Of a stretch of 64,000 bases of DNA, positions 11,923 to 25,482 are shown piece after piece. How positions within the stretch are numbered: position 1 is the first letter of the stretch; the number at the start of each line of letters is the position of its first letter. Source of the stretch: Torpedo marmorata (taxonomy: Eukaryota). The translations under genes and the position numbers were made by a program. The notes under the pieces were generated by a model. That model was not told where the DNA came from, searched no databases, and was given only the letters and a program-made list of their open reading frames with translations. The stretch is taken from positions 49,228,001-49,292,000 of the forward strand of contig OZ360228.1 of the NCBI GenBank assembly GCA_977017645.1, in the 5' to 3' direction.

Positions 11923-13562
11923 AATTGTATTAAAATGAATATTTTCCCAAGAGTTCAATATCTTTTTCAATCAATTCCTTTTGGAATTCCTCAAAAATTT
12001 TTTAAAGATTTAAATTTTATTGTTAGGAAATTTTTGTGGAAAGGAAAGTTAGCAAGAGTAAGTATGGAAAAGTTAACTTGGAATTATGAGTTGGGGGGAT
12101 TGCAACTTCCTAATTTTCAAAATTATTATAAAGCAGCTCAATTAAAATTTGTTAATGAATTTTACGATCCAAATAAAACTTCGGCTTGGATTAAAATAGA
12201 ATTAAATAATATAGGAGAAAACTTTAAAGAAGAGATTATTTATAAATGGGATTCTAAATTAATATCAGTAAAAAAAGAAAAATTCACCGATTATTAAACA
12301 TTTGTTAGAAATATGGGGTAAGTTGGATAAAGAGATAGGTGGAAGAGGATTAATTTCTTCAAATATGCCTTTATATCAAAATGGACTTATTCCATTTACT
12401 ATTAATAATCAATTATTTAAAATTTGGTTTCAAAAAGGTATTAAGAAGATTAATGATTGTTTTGAAGCTGGAAGATTTATTATGTTTCAAAGAATGAAAG
12501 ATAAATTTAATATATTAGATAATACATTTTTAGCTTATTATCAAGTTAAAGTTTTTTTAATTGAGAAATTAGGTCATGCTTTGATTTTACCAAGACAAAA
12601 TGAATTAGAATTATTAGTCACCAATGGAGAAGTTAATAAATTTATTTCTCAAATGTATAAATTGTTTCAGAAGAAAATGCCTAAAGTAGGAATTCATAAA
12701 TCAAGATTAAATTGGGAAACAGATTTGAATGTAAGAATAGATGAAAATCATTGGAAAGAATTATGTAAATTAAGTATGACGAAGATTATCAATGTTAGAT
12801 ATAGATTAGTACAATATAATTTCTTTCATCAATTATATTTAACACCTAAAAAATTAAAGAAATTTAATCCGACATTATCAGGTTTATGTTTTAGATGTAA
12901 TAATGAGGAAGGTTCTTTTGTACATTCTACATGGTTTTGTCCAAAGATTCAAGATTTTTGGTTGAAAGTAAAAAAATTTTTAGATAAAGTATTTAATATT
13001 ACATTTCCAATGGATCCTATGTTATTTTTATTTGGAGATATTAGAAAATTTAGTATTAAAAAGAAATTAAATATGTTTCAAGTAGAATTTTTACGAATTG
13101 CTTTAGCGGTTTCGAAAAAATGCATTGCTATTACTTGGAAATCTGACAGATTTAGGATTAGAAAGATGGCATGCAGAACTTCGTTCGTGTATACCACTGG
13201 AAAAAATTACTTATAATCTACGTAATAAATATCATTTCTTTTTGAAAATTTGGAGCCCATATATGAGAGCTGTGGGTTTAAGGATTTGAAGATCTCTGGA
13301 TATAGGATCTACTGGCAAGCTTGACCTCCGTAATAGAATTAGTTTATAGATGATATTCCCCTTACTCTATCTTTTCCTTTCTTTTCTTTTTTTTATTTTT
13401 ATTTTTACTGTTACTTTATATTATTAGATTAGTGGGGAGGGGGGGCTAGGGAGGGGAGGGAGGTGGGGGGGTGAAAATATATCACATGTATTTTGACAAT
13501 TTTATATTTTACTCTATGTATTTTATGATTTAAAAGTTTAAATAAAATAATAAAAAAAACCA
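11923..13562 (+). mobile_element. L1 LINE, 5'-truncated, inserted in Gypsy A 5' LTR
   Basis: ORF2 C-terminal part (GGLQLPNF, CFRC...HSTWFC) homologous to 49920-51293; G-rich 3'UTR, AATAAA and A tail; 17-bp TSD AAACATATATACAGTTA (11906-11922, 13563-13579). Confidence 0.95.
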
Positions 13563-14639
13563 AAACATATATACAGTTATATACAGTGGTTTACCACAAT
13601 ACTGTCTGACAAATTGTTCAAAAACCAGATGGGCATATGTGTCAATAAGAGAGTTTGAAACACATGAAATCTGATATTTAAAGTGAAACACTTTGGCTAT
13701 TAGAAGTGTCAGCCAGGTACTCTTTGGAAAGGCCTTACTTGATGAGAGCAAACGATTAAGAAATAAACAAAATAACTGACAAATAAATACATGACTATTC
13801 TTAAGAGGAAAGTGCTCCTGCTGTGTTGCAACACATCAGAGCTGGTCTCTGTGGTCCTGGGGATAAGCTGTCTTTGGATGTTGATATCTACACAGACTCC
13901 AATTGCTACTTATTTATGGGGAAAATGCACTAACACATGCAGAGCTGAAATGTCACTTCACCAAATGAGGCTTCTGAGGAACGTGTTCTTTGCTTTGAAA
14001 TATCAAACACTTTGAGAGATCAAAAATATTTGACAGAAAGAACCTGCACCATGCACACTCTGAACTTCAATAACTTAGTGGATGATGACATCCATTTTGA
14101 CTATTAGAATGACGGGACTATCTTTGTTTTAAATGTAAGAGAAAATTATACAATTTAATACACACTTTTCAAGGCTTCAAGACCAAAGCTGCATTCCCGT
14201 TTCTTTCCAAAAACACATTCTGTTTTGTGCAATAAGAACTTTATGTATGTAAATCCTGCTGCAGACAGGAGTTAATTTATCCAACTGCTTTCAGGGGATA
14301 TTTGTCAGAATGTTTGGTTCAGCTCAGTTACAAATGTTCAAGTTCAAAATCATGAAGGTTTGTTAGAAAATGTATAGAAGTTTAAAGCAATGTACTTTCA
14401 ACAAAAATGCAGTCACAAAGTATATAATTGCCAGTATTTAGAAGAAAAATGTTTGTAAATTGTTTCAGTATTCTCCTAGTTCGACTGACTCCATTTGTAA
14501 ACCGAAGTCACTTTGTACATTGTTCTTTCATCATATGTAGCTGTTCCTGTGCCGTCCCACTGTTACTACAATTTATACCTGATTAATTCTTTAGCTATAT
14601 GCGATACACTTCACATACAAGGTTGATTGTGTGTTGGAG

Positions 14640-16650
14640 TAGACTACAATTTGCCTATCATTTCAATAGGTCCACAACAGATGCCATCTCTGTGCCCCTG
14701 CACTCTACCTTAGAACATCAAGGCAAAAAGGACACCTATGTCTGAGTCCTATTTATTGAGCACAGCTCTGCCTTCAATGCCATAATCCCAATCAAATTCA
14801 TCTCAAACTGAGATATAGTATCAGCAACCCCCCACCCTCTGCAACTGGCTCCTTAATTTCCTGATTTGTAGACTATAAACAGCGAGAATTAGTGACAACT
14901 CCTCCTCCACATGTACTTAGTCCCTTACTGTACTTCCTATACACTCATAACTGTGTGGCCAAACACTTCTCCATCTTCATCTATGTTTGCCAGTTGTTAC
15001 GAACTAACAAACCCTGTTAGTACTAACAAAGGAATAGCAATGGAATATGTACCAGACAATGGTAAATTCAACAATAGTTTTTATTTAAACTATTAATAAC
15101 ATAACATATCTTACTTATCTCTAAACTTAACTCTAACTTAAACCCCACTATGCGCAAATGTAAATGTGTGTGTGTTAAAGTCCAAACTATTTCAATTTAA
15201 ACTTAAATCTGAAAAAAATCAATTTTTAAAGTCCAGTTTCCAACTTCTTTTGTTGAACTTCAGGATCCCTTTTAAATTGTAATTCAGAAGTTATTATAAA
15301 GCAAGAATGGAGCATTCGATTTCTTTCAAACTCACACGTCTTTTGATGAGTGGTCTTTCAGAGATAGTCTTCATACGAGTGTGTTCACAAGTTTCCCCCT
15401 ATCTTGTTAGGGTTACGGAACTGTGATCTTCACGATGATTTCTTTCTTGATCAGGAGTAACATACGGTGATGTCCTCTTTTCTTAGAAACAATTTGAAAG
15501 TGGTCTTACTTATTTTAAAAGCCACTTATATGGTGTATCTCCTATGATAAGGATAATACACAGAAACAGCACCTCCATTCATCCAGAGATCACTGTTCAT
15601 AAAATGATTCTGCCTTTCCAGAATATCAAAGTTCTTCAATCTGGTGCAGTCTGTTTCAATCTGTTTCCAAAATGTCTCTCTGCTTTCATTATATATTTCT
15701 GACATCATGTGACATTACATCACCACAGTTTTAGTTTCATTTTTGAAAGCATTACCTCATGCCTTTCTTCAAAATCACTTACATCCACAAAAGCATCTGA
15801 CCTCATTTCTGTTCCAAGAGGCCTAAGTGGTTTATGATTCCAACTTGTCTGATTGCCATCAGCCAGCAGAATGCTGTGTACACAAAAATGCTTCTAAGCA
15901 ACTACTTCAGCTTTTATGGCTTTTGTCTTTCATAGACGCTTCGACTCCGAACTGAACTCTTTCTCTGAGTAATGTTTTTTTTCTGCAAATGTGCTGTGAC
16001 CTGTGTGTGACCCTGTACCAGCCCACAACTATCCTTACTAAGATATATAATTCTATAACTTAACTTTAAATATTAATATTAACATTAACACATCCGTTAC
16101 ACAGTACACAATCATTTTAGGCTAGATCTGAAATAATGACGTGAAAGAGATAGGGAGAACTAATGGTATGATGTCAGAATAACACCCCTCCCTCAATGAC
16201 AGCTGATTATCGTTTTTGGGAAATGGAGAGAAGAACATTACCCAGTGTACGTTAAATGGTGCTGAGGTGGAAATGATGGAGAGCTTCAAGTTCTTGGGAG
16301 TACATATCACCAACAACCTATCATGGTCTAATCATGTTGTTATTGCAACCAAGAAAGTGCACCAGAGGCTACTTTCTTAGAAGCCTGAGGAAATTTGGCA
16401 TGGTCCTGAGGTCTCTACCAACTTTTACAAATGCACCATAGAATGTATCCTGTGTGAATGCATCACAGCTTGTTATGGGAATTGCTCTCCCCAAGACCAC
16501 AAGATACTGCAGAGAGTGGTAAATGCAGCTCAGTACATAGTGTAAACCAACCTCTCCATTGACTCTTATCAATACCTCTCGCTGTTTCAGGAAAGATGCT
16601 GAAATATTAAAGGACTTATCCAAACCCAGTCATACTCTCTTCACCACTTT
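14640..16650 (+). mobile_element. Old Rex1/Babar fragment split by a solo LTR
   Basis: Degenerate motifs (SAFNAIIP, SFKFLGVHITNNLSW, LRKFGM) on both sides of 14995-16101. Confidence 0.6.
14995..16101. mobile_element. Probable solo LTR (1107 bp) of an unidentified LTR element
   Basis: Termini TGTTACG...CGTTACA (near-inverted), 4-bp TSD CAGT (14991-14994, 16102-16105), no coding capacity, interrupts a Rex1 fragment. Confidence 0.75.
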
Positions 16651-17039
16651 GTCCACATGAGTTACCACTTTCAGTAAACTATACACATAGGTCTCTCTGT
16701 TCTACAACACTCTCTCGGGCCCTGCTATTCACCATGTTAAGTCCTACCCTGGTTTAACTTTCCAAAGTGCAACACCTCACACTTGTCAGAGTTAAATTCC
16801 TTTTGCCACTCCTTGGCTTATCCTTCCTCATTGTAGACCACACAACTAATTTTGATGTTATCTGCAAATTTAATGATGTTAACTATGATGTCATCCAATT
16901 CGTTAATAGACAATAGTGAACCCAGCACCAACCTCAGCAGCCCACCGCTGGACACACAACTCCAGTCAAACATTCTCCCTCCCTATGATTTTCCACAAAG
17001 CCAATTTTGATTCCAATCGGCCAACTTCCCTTGGATCTT

Positions 17040-17279
17040 GTAAAAAACACAAATGCTGGAGAACTCAGCAGGTCAAACAGTGTCTTTTATGTAGCAAAGG
17101 TAGAAATACATAACCGACGTTTCGGGCATTTTCTCATACTTTGATGAAGGGCTCAAGCCCGAAACGTCGGTTATGTATTTCTACCTTTGCTACATAAAAG
17201 ACACTGTTTGACCTGTTGAGTTCTCCAGCATTTGTGTTTTTTACTTCAACCACGGTGTCTACAGATTTTCGTGTTTACT
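17040..17279 (+). mobile_element. Fold-back PLE terminal fragment with minimal hammerhead motif
   Basis: 88-bp inverted arms 17040-17127 and 17157-17244 (one mismatch seen), 35-nt unpaired 3' tail, TSD (ACT)TCCCTTGGATCTT at 17024-17039 and 17277-17292. Confidence 0.85.
17135..17175 (+). ncRNA. Minimal type-I hammerhead ribozyme-like motif (PLE-associated)
   Basis: CATACT-TTGATGA-A-GGGC-TCAA-GCCC-GAAA-CGTC-GGTTATG: core UGANGA/GAAA, stem II, palindromic ACGT stem III, GUC cleavage triplet. The core has U in place of C3. Confidence 0.6.
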
Positions 17280-20200
17280 TCCCTTGGATCTTAAGTGATC
17301 TAACCTTCCAGACTAACATGCCATGCGAGACCTTGTTAGAGGACTTACTGAAGTCCATATATACATCACCCACGCTCCTACTCTCTTCAGTCCTCTTCGT
17401 CACTTCTTCAAAAACCTATCAGAATTGTGATACACAATCTCCCATGCACTAAGCCATGCTGACTACCTCCAATCGCTGGTAGATCTGGTCTCTCAGAATC
17501 GTCTCCAGCAATTTTCGGATTACTGACATCAAGCTTACTGGCCTGAAGTTCCCTGGCTTGTCTTTGCTGATCTTTTTAAATAACAACACAACATTACCCA
17601 CCCTTCAGTCTTCTGGCACTTTGACTAAGTCCAGAGATTATGTAAATATATCAGCAAGAGCATCCACATTTTCTTCCCCAACTTCCCACAGGTGCGAGGA
17701 TGTGGGGATCAGGCCCTTTAAGGCTGCCAATACCTCCTCCCTGCCATTTAAATGGTCCAGGACCTTGCAACTTGTTTCTTTCAATTACTTAGCTTTCATA
17801 ATCTTCACAGTAAAGACTGATAAGAAATATTCATTAAAATTTCACCCATCTCCTGTGGTTCCTCACAAAGACGGCCATGTTGATCTTTAATGGGACAAAT
17901 TCTCTCCTCAGCCATCCTTTTTACTTGTAATATACCTGTCGAATCTCTCGGGATTGATTTTGCTTTATTTTAACTGCCAGCTTCATCTCATGTCCTCTAT
18001 TTGCTTTTCTGATTTTCCTCTTAAGTGTACTCCTACATGTACTCATAGAGCAAATTGTTTGATTTGGACTGCTTAAGTCTGATCTATGCCACTTCCGTTT
18101 ATCTGACCAGAACCTCAATATCCCTCATCAACCAGGGTTCCTTCAACTTTCCACCCTTGCCTTTCACCTTAACAGAAACATGCAATGCCTAAACTCTTGT
18201 TATTTCACCTTTTAAAAATGTCCCATTCTCCAGCCATCCCCTTACATGTAAATATCCTCTCTCAATCAACTTATGCAAGTTCTTGCCTAATTACTCCAAC
18301 ATCAACCTTGTCCCAATTTCCGACTTTAACTTATGAACCAGTCCTGTCTTTCTCCATAACTATTTAAAAACTAATAAAGTTATGGTCACTGGTTCCAAAG
18401 TGGCCCCCCCATCTCGTTCCCTAAGAGGAGGTCCAGTGTTGCATACTGTCTGATAGGGGCTTCAATACATTTATTGAGGAAGCTCTCTTGGACACACTTA
18501 ACAAACTCCACCCCATCCAAACCCTTAGCACCATTGGTTCCCCAGTCAATATTAGGGAGGTTAAAATCTCCCCAGTAATACTACTCTATTATTCTTACAG
18601 CTTCTAGAATGGATCTCACACTGGCAAAAGATTAAGGATTCTATGCATTGTCATGTACACAAAATACACAAAAGTATTTTTCCCTTGATGCCTTTGCACT
18701 GTCTTTTATAATTGTGATTTTTCTGTAGCCTGCCTTATGGTTTTGAACTTTTTCTATACCCTGTAACTACTGTAATACTGCTTCCTACACTGTTGTCTTA
18801 TTTATTTGTCTATTGTTTTGTTAATTTTTTTATTATTATTGAACTGCCTGTTGTAAAAGTTGGATTGCCTGGATATCATGGAAACAAAACTTTTTCCTGT
18901 ATTTTCAGTACATGCAACAATAAAACAATTCATTCATTCAGTAGATTATGTGGAGAGACAGACAACAAATTGCATTGATAAAATACAATTAGCATCAATA
19001 ATCTTTAATTATTCGGTGAGATAATATAACATTTCTCAAAATAACAAATGGAACCATCTTTGAGCTTTTGATGCTAAATATTTCAAAATATTATGATCAA
19101 GGAAGAGTAAAAATAATTCATTTCTAGATATTTCGGAAGCCAAAATGCACCTAATTAAGCCAGAATATATGTTAATATTGATATAATTAAGGTCCTGTAC
19201 ATTTTTAGTGTCCCATAAAAATATTTTGCAAATAGATCAATTGCCTGACGGGGCAAAAACAGTTGCTTTTCTTTGTTTTCATTGTGAGCCAAGATGTGTT
19301 CATCTCAATTCTAAATGGGTGGAACATTTGCTTTGTCTCTGGCTTCCATCACTTCTCATCTTAACCCTGTTCCTGACTTGTGAACTGTTGTTCAGGTTCT
19401 CAGTGCAGATCTTCCTTGGCTGAAAACCAATATTTCCTTTTGGAATCAGGCATGGCTTGTGTAGGCTACCAGGGTTCCTGTTGTTGGGTTAAAACTTTGA
19501 ATGGAGGACTGACGGCTTCCTTGACAATTTCTGCTGTGAATTAGGATTTGCTTAAATCAACAGAATAAAAAGTTGGATCTACCAAACTCTACCATTCTTT
19601 CACCTCCCCAGGAGATGACAGTTGGTTGTAGTCAGTAGCTTTACTGCCAAATGTGAGCTTTTTTCATTCACGAATAAAATCATATTCAGGGGGGCAGAAA
19701 ATTGAATTGGATAATCAATTCTCCCAAGAATAAAACTTATTTGATTTATGATGTATGTGTTTGCTCTCCCCCCGCCCCCCCATCCCCGCATTCCCGCATG
19801 ACCTGCTTAGACCCAGAGGTTATATAATACCTCCTTCACATGTGGTTCCATAACTGTGACAACAGCCCAATGTGCAAAATACACTCTCTGTTATTGCTGC
19901 ACAACAAAATACAAAAGACGATTTTTTTAAATCAAAAAGTTGATAAACTGAAAATACTGGGAAGCTTCACCTTTGAATAATTATAATTATTTCAATTTTT
20001 TTTCTGTGAATATCTATACCAAATAAATTTATGAATATTTGTAGAAACAGGAGTAGGCCATATGACTCCTCACCTCTTCACACTAATTAATGGGATGATA
20101 ACTGATGTGGTTTATGGGCTAAACTCCATAATCCTTGATTGTCCTGTAATCTAAAAGTCCATGTATCTACCCTGTTTAAAACCCTCTTTATATGTTTCAA

Positions 20201-20307
20201 TGAGTTCACCTTCCATTCTTCTAAACTCCATAATGTACAGGCCCAATATGCTCAATTATTCCTCATAAGAAAATTGTCTCATTCCAATCAAGCCTTTATT
20301 GTACTTC

Positions 20308-21045
20308 GTAAAAACACAAATGCTGGAGAAACTCAGCAGGTCAAACAGTGTCCTTTATGTAGCAAAGGTAGAAATACATAACCGACGTTTCGGGCTTGAG
20401 CCCTTCATCAAAGTATGAGAAAATGCTGGCAGGCGTCCGAACAAAAGAGTGGGGGGGGGGAGTGGCAAAGGCAGGAGATAATAGGTGGAGAAAGGAGGGA
20501 GGGGACAGCAGCAATGAGGAGCAACAACAGCGACCTTCCAGTAGCCAACCATTTCAATTCCGAGTCACACTCCCACACTCACATGTCTGTCCATGGCCTT
20601 ATGTACTATCCCACCCAGACCACCCACAAATTGGAGGAACAACACCTTATTTTCCGTCTGGGCATTCTCCAGCCAGATGGCATTCACATTGACTTTTATG
20701 CTTTCCACTAAACCTGCTCGCCTTTCCTTCCCCTTCCCCCTTCTCTGTCCTTCCAGTTCTTCCACCCACCCAGCCATACCTCCTCCCCCTCATTGCTGTT
20801 GTCTCCTCCCTCCTTTCTCCACCTATCATCTCCTGCCTTTGCCACCCCCCTTCCCCCCAACCCCCTATTCTTTTGTTCGGACGCCTGCCGGCATCTTCTT
20901 ATACTTTGATGAAGGGCTCAAGCCCGAAACGTCAGTTATGTATTTCTACCTTTGCTACATAAAGGACACGTTTGACCTGCTGAGCTTCTCCAGCATTTGT
21001 GTTTTTACTTTAACCACAGTGTCTACAGATTTTTATGGTTTACTT
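20308..21045 (+). mobile_element. PLE 3' fragment with inverted 5' terminal repeat
   Basis: GIY-YIG C-terminus DLPVANHFNS...KLEEQHLIFRLGILQPDGIHIDF (20520-20711); inverted copy of the 3' repeat at 20308-20519; TSD CTTTATTGTACTT (20294-20306, 21046-21058). Confidence 0.9.
20900..20940 (+). ncRNA. Minimal hammerhead ribozyme-like motif (PLE-associated)
   Basis: TTGATGA-A-GGGC-TCAA-GCCC-GAAACGTC at 20906-20933; an inverted copy lies at ~20377-20417. Confidence 0.55.
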
Positions 21046-22189
21046 CTTTATTGTACTTACTCTAACCTTCCTTTTCAAAGAAGACCATATCAGTGCATAG
21101 TACACCGGATGTAGCCTTGACAAAGCTATGCACAGCTGTTCTAATATTACTTTATTCTCATTCTTTTCCCACCAATCTCCTCCATTCTGTTTTCTCAATA
21201 TCAGTTGTAGGTTTCTAAAATTATCCCAATCATAAAGCCTTTATAACCTTTCCTTGCATTTTTATAAGCCCTTTCATTCGGTTTAATACAATTCTTAACC
21301 ATGGATAAATCACTTTTCCCATTAAAAATGTTTATTAATGGAATTATAAAATGTTTCTTGAAATGTGCTTATCTACCATCATATAATTTAATCTAATTTC
21401 TCAACCTATTAATTCACCCCCATTCCTGTTTTGTGTGTCTTTATGTTTAATGCTCTTGCTTTAGATTTAAATTTTTCACAGTCATATTCTATCATATTTA
21501 TGATCACCTCCCTCAGAGGATCTTTTCCCCTGTACTGGAGGTAATGATTGAGAATTGAACACCTTATCTCCCACATTACCTTTCAAGCCATGTGTACAAC
21601 TCTCTGTTATGTTAGATCACATGCTAATTTATTACCTTTGTGGTTCTTGTTAATTTAATTTAATTTAATTTAAACATTAGCTCCTCATGCTTAAAGTTTG
21701 TTGGTTCCTACAACACTATGATATGGATCCTATCCTTCCACCAAGTTTTTCCGAGTCTTGAGGGATGTCGTTTGCCCAGATCTTCCTGGCTTGCAGCTGC
21801 AGAGAATAGCTTTTATCTCCCTGAAAATATTCTCCCCTTTCACTACCACTTTCCTTTGCACTACCATCTCTTGAATGTTCTCCTGTGAAATTGTCTATTT
21901 TCTCCATCCCTTTAATATTTGTACAGGCAGAAAGTACCTTCACCAAATCTTTGATGTCCGTATGTGCCTAGTTTGCAATTTCCATTCTTTTGTTGTTGAC
22001 CACTGCCCAAATTCAAGGTGCTATCTAAATTAAAAGTAGGGACTAAGGCAGTTAATTGGATCAAACTCGACAAATAACTCTACTTTTCTGATGCATTATA
22101 ATGTCGTCAACTCAGACTCAACAATTTTGCACAGGATGTAAATACTACAGTTGCGGTTGCTGGGGTTTTCTCTTATCTCCAACATCTCC

Positions 22190-24074
22190 AGCTAAAAGAA
22201 GGTATGAAGAGACTATAGCAAGCAGGGTGAAAATTAATCCAAAAGGTTTTTACAAATACGTTAATGGTAAAAGGAAAGCGAGGGACAAAATTGGTCCCTT
22301 AGAGAATCAGAGCGGAAAACTGTGTGTGGAGCCTAGAGAAATGGGGGAGATATTGAACAGTTTCTTTTCTTCGGTATTCACCAAGGAGAAGGATATTGAG
22401 ATATGCGAGATAAAAAAAGCAAATTGGGTAAATATGGAGAATATAGGGATTACGAAAGATGTAGTGTTAGGGCTTTTGAGGCATATAAAGATGGATAAGT
22501 CTCCGGGACCCGACGGGATCTTCCCCAGGACCTTGAGAGAAGTAAGCGAAGAAATAGCAGAGGCTCTGACAGTGATTTTCCAAATGTCATTAGAGATGGG
22601 GATAGTGCCGGAGGATTGGCGTATTGCGCATGTGGTTCCGTTATTTAAAAAGGGTTCAAGGAGGAAGCCTGGCAATTATCGGCCTGTAAGTTTGACGTCT
22701 GTGGTAGGTAAATTAATGGAGAAAGTTCTCAGAGATAGTACTTATAAATATCTGGATAGACAGGGTCTGATCAGGAACTCTCAACACGGATTTGTGAGCG
22801 GATGGTCCTGTTTGACCAATCTGATTGAATTTTTTGAAGAGGTGACTAGGAATGTGGATGAGGGTAGTGCGGTGGATGTTGTCTATATGGACTTCAGTAA
22901 GGCCTTCGATAAGGTTCCGCATGGAAGGTTAGTTAGGAAGGTGCAGTCTTTAGGTATAAATTCTGAGATAGTCAAATGGATTGAACATTGGCTGGAAGGG
23001 AGAGGCCAGAGAGTGGTAGTGGATAATTGTCTGTCAGGTTGGAGGCCGGTGTGCCTCAGGGATCTGTATTGGGCCCATTGTTGTTCGTTATATATATCAA
23101 TGATCTAGATGATGGGGTGGTAAACTGGATTAGTAAATATGCAGATGATACTAAGATAGGTGGAATAGTGGATAATGAAGAAGGTTTTCAAGGATTGCAG
23201 AGGGATTTGGGCTGCTTAGAAAAGTGGGCTGAAAAATGGCAGATGGAGTTTAATGCTGATAAGTGTGAGGTGCTTCATTTTGGTAAGAAGAATCAGAACA
23301 GGACATATGTAGTAAATGGGAGAGCATTGATGAATACAGAAGAGCAGAAAGATTTAGGAATAACGGTGCATCGTTCCCTGAAGGTGGAAACTCATGTGAA
23401 TAGGGTGGTGAAGAAGGCTTTTAGTATGCTGGCCTTTATCAATCATTGCATAGAATATAGGAGTTGGGAAGTGATGTTGAGATTATATAAGGCTTTGGTG
23501 CGGCCTAATTTGGAGTTCTGTGTGCAGTTCTGGTCGCCAAATTATAGGAAGGATATCAACAAGGTGGAGAGAGTGCAGAGAAGGTTTACCAGAATGTTAC
23601 CTGGGTTTAAGAATCTAGAGTACAAGGAGAGATTGAGCATATTAGGTCTTTATTCTTTGGAGCGTAGAAGGTTGAGAGGGGATTTGATAGAGGTATTTAA
23701 AATTATGAAAGGGATAGACAGAGTGGATGTGGATAGACTATTTCCATTAAGAATAGGAGAGATTGAAACAAGAGGACATGAGCTAAGAGTTAAGGGGCAG
23801 AGGTTTAGAGGTAACATGAGGGGGAACTTCTTTACTCAGAGAGTGGTAGCGGTGTGGAATGAGCTTCCGGGAGAAGTAGTGGCGGCAGAGTCAATTTTAT
23901 TATTTAAGAAAAAGTTGGACAAGTATATGGATGAGAAGGAAGTGGAGGGTTATGGGCAGGGTGCAGGTAGGTGGGACTAGATAGGAATGTTTGGTTCGGT
24001 GCGGACTGGAAGGGCCTAATGGCCTGTTTCCGTGCTGTAATTGTTATATGGTTATATATGGTTATATGGTTATG
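22190..24074 (+). mobile_element. CR1 LINE, young, 5'-truncated
   Basis: ORFs 22101..23108 and 23027..23980 (KSPGPDGI, YRPVSLTSVVGK, QHGF, DFSKAFDKVPHGRL, PQGSVLGP, YADD) with one frameshift near 23050; (TTATATGG)n tail. Confidence 0.95.
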
Positions 24075-24325
24075 TTGTTAATACAACTTTTTACCTGTCC
24101 TACCATCCCCATCAAGTCTTGTTTTGTATATTCAATTAGTTGAGCTTTCCATGTGTTTGATACCTAGATTGTTCCAACTACGTAGTCTATCTATTAGAAG
24201 TTAAATAGTTTTCATTACTAAAACCCACCTTTCAATTGTTTGTAGGGTTTTAATGGAAAAACACATTAACTTCCACTAAGTATTAGACAAATTTAAATTT
24301 TCTGTTTGAATCTGTTGCAAACTAC

Positions 24326-25482
24326 CAAGTCAAGTCACCTTTATTTGTCGTTCATTACCATATACACAGTAAGACGAGATAGCGTTTCTCCAGGACCATG
24401 GGCAGATGTACATAAATATCATAATACAATAGGAAAACTATAACATGCTAATACACATATATATCTAGGAATTGAGGAGCCTGATGGCTTGGGGGAAAAA
24501 ACTGTTGCACAGTCTGGACGTACGAGCCCGAGTGCTTCGGTACCTCCTTCCAGATGGCAAAAGGGAAAACAGTTTACCAAAGGGGTGTGAGAAGTCCTTC
24601 ACAATGTTATTAGCCTTCCTCATGCATCGTGTGTTGTAGATGTCCGTCATGGTGGGGAGAGAGACTCCAATAATTTTCTCCGCTGACCCCACTATCCTCT
24701 GCAGGGTCTTTCGGTCCGAGGTGGTACAGTTACCAAACCAAGCAGTGATGCAATTGCTTAGAATACTCTCAATACATCCCCTGTAGAATGGGTGGGAGAT
24801 GAACTTTTCTTAGCCTTCGCAGGAAGTAAAGACACTGCTGGGCTTTCTTGACTATGGAACTGGTGTTGAGGGACCAGCTGAGACTCTCAGCCAAGTGCAC
24901 TCCAAGAAACTTGGTACTCTTTCCGACCTCAACGGTAGAGCCGTCCATGGTCAATGGAGAATGATCCCCCCGGGCCCTTCTGAAGTCGACAACCAACTCT
25001 TTTGTTTTGTTTACATTCAGATGCAGGTTGTTGGCTCCGTACCATTCCATTAGCGACTGCACCTCATCTCTGTATGCTGACTCATCGTTCTTACTGATAA
25101 GGCCCACCACGGTCGTATCATCAGCGAACTTTATGATGTGATTCGAGCTGTGTTTTCCTGCACAGTCATGAGTCAGCAGGGTGAACAGCAATGGACTAAG
25201 CACACAGCCCTGGGAGCCCCCGTGCTCAATGTAATGATCTTAGAAGTGCTGTTTCCAATCCGGACTGCCTGAGGTCTTCCCGTCAGGAAGTCTAGGATCC
25301 AATTACAGAGGGTGTAGTTTAGGCCCAGCCTCCTCAACTTCCCTATCAGGTACTGAGGTATGATCGTGTTGAATGCCGAGCTGAAGTCAATAAACAGCAT
25401 TCGAACATACGCGTCCTTATTTTCCAGGTGGGTGAGGGCTAGGTGGAGGGTGGTAATGATGGCATCATCTGTGGAGCGGTTT
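24326..25482 (-). mobile_element. Rex1/Babar LINE, 5'-truncated
   Basis: [33 protein letters not shown] in three frames; (GACTT)n tail. Confidence 0.9.

Larger units (their letters stand above)
8298..13598 (-). mobile_element. Gypsy LTR retrotransposon (element A), both LTRs present, RT partly deleted, L1 inserted in 5' LTR
   Basis: 3' LTR 8298-8531; 5' LTR 11732-13598 (split by L1); 5-bp TSD ATACT (8293-8297, 13599-13603); PPT AAAAGAAGGGGTGAA at 8532-8546; domain order gag-PR-(RT)-RH-IN. Confidence 0.95.
16650..18600 (-). mobile_element. Degenerate CR1 LINE
   Basis: Reverse complement gives CR1 RT/EN-linker motifs (YMDFSKSSNKVSHG, PGNFRPVSLMSV, KIRKANRGHE). Confidence 0.65.

Noticed and set aside
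19250-19570. Possible minus-strand exon in unique, moderately GC-rich sequence
   Set aside because: All three minus frames contain stops, and no recognisable protein motif.
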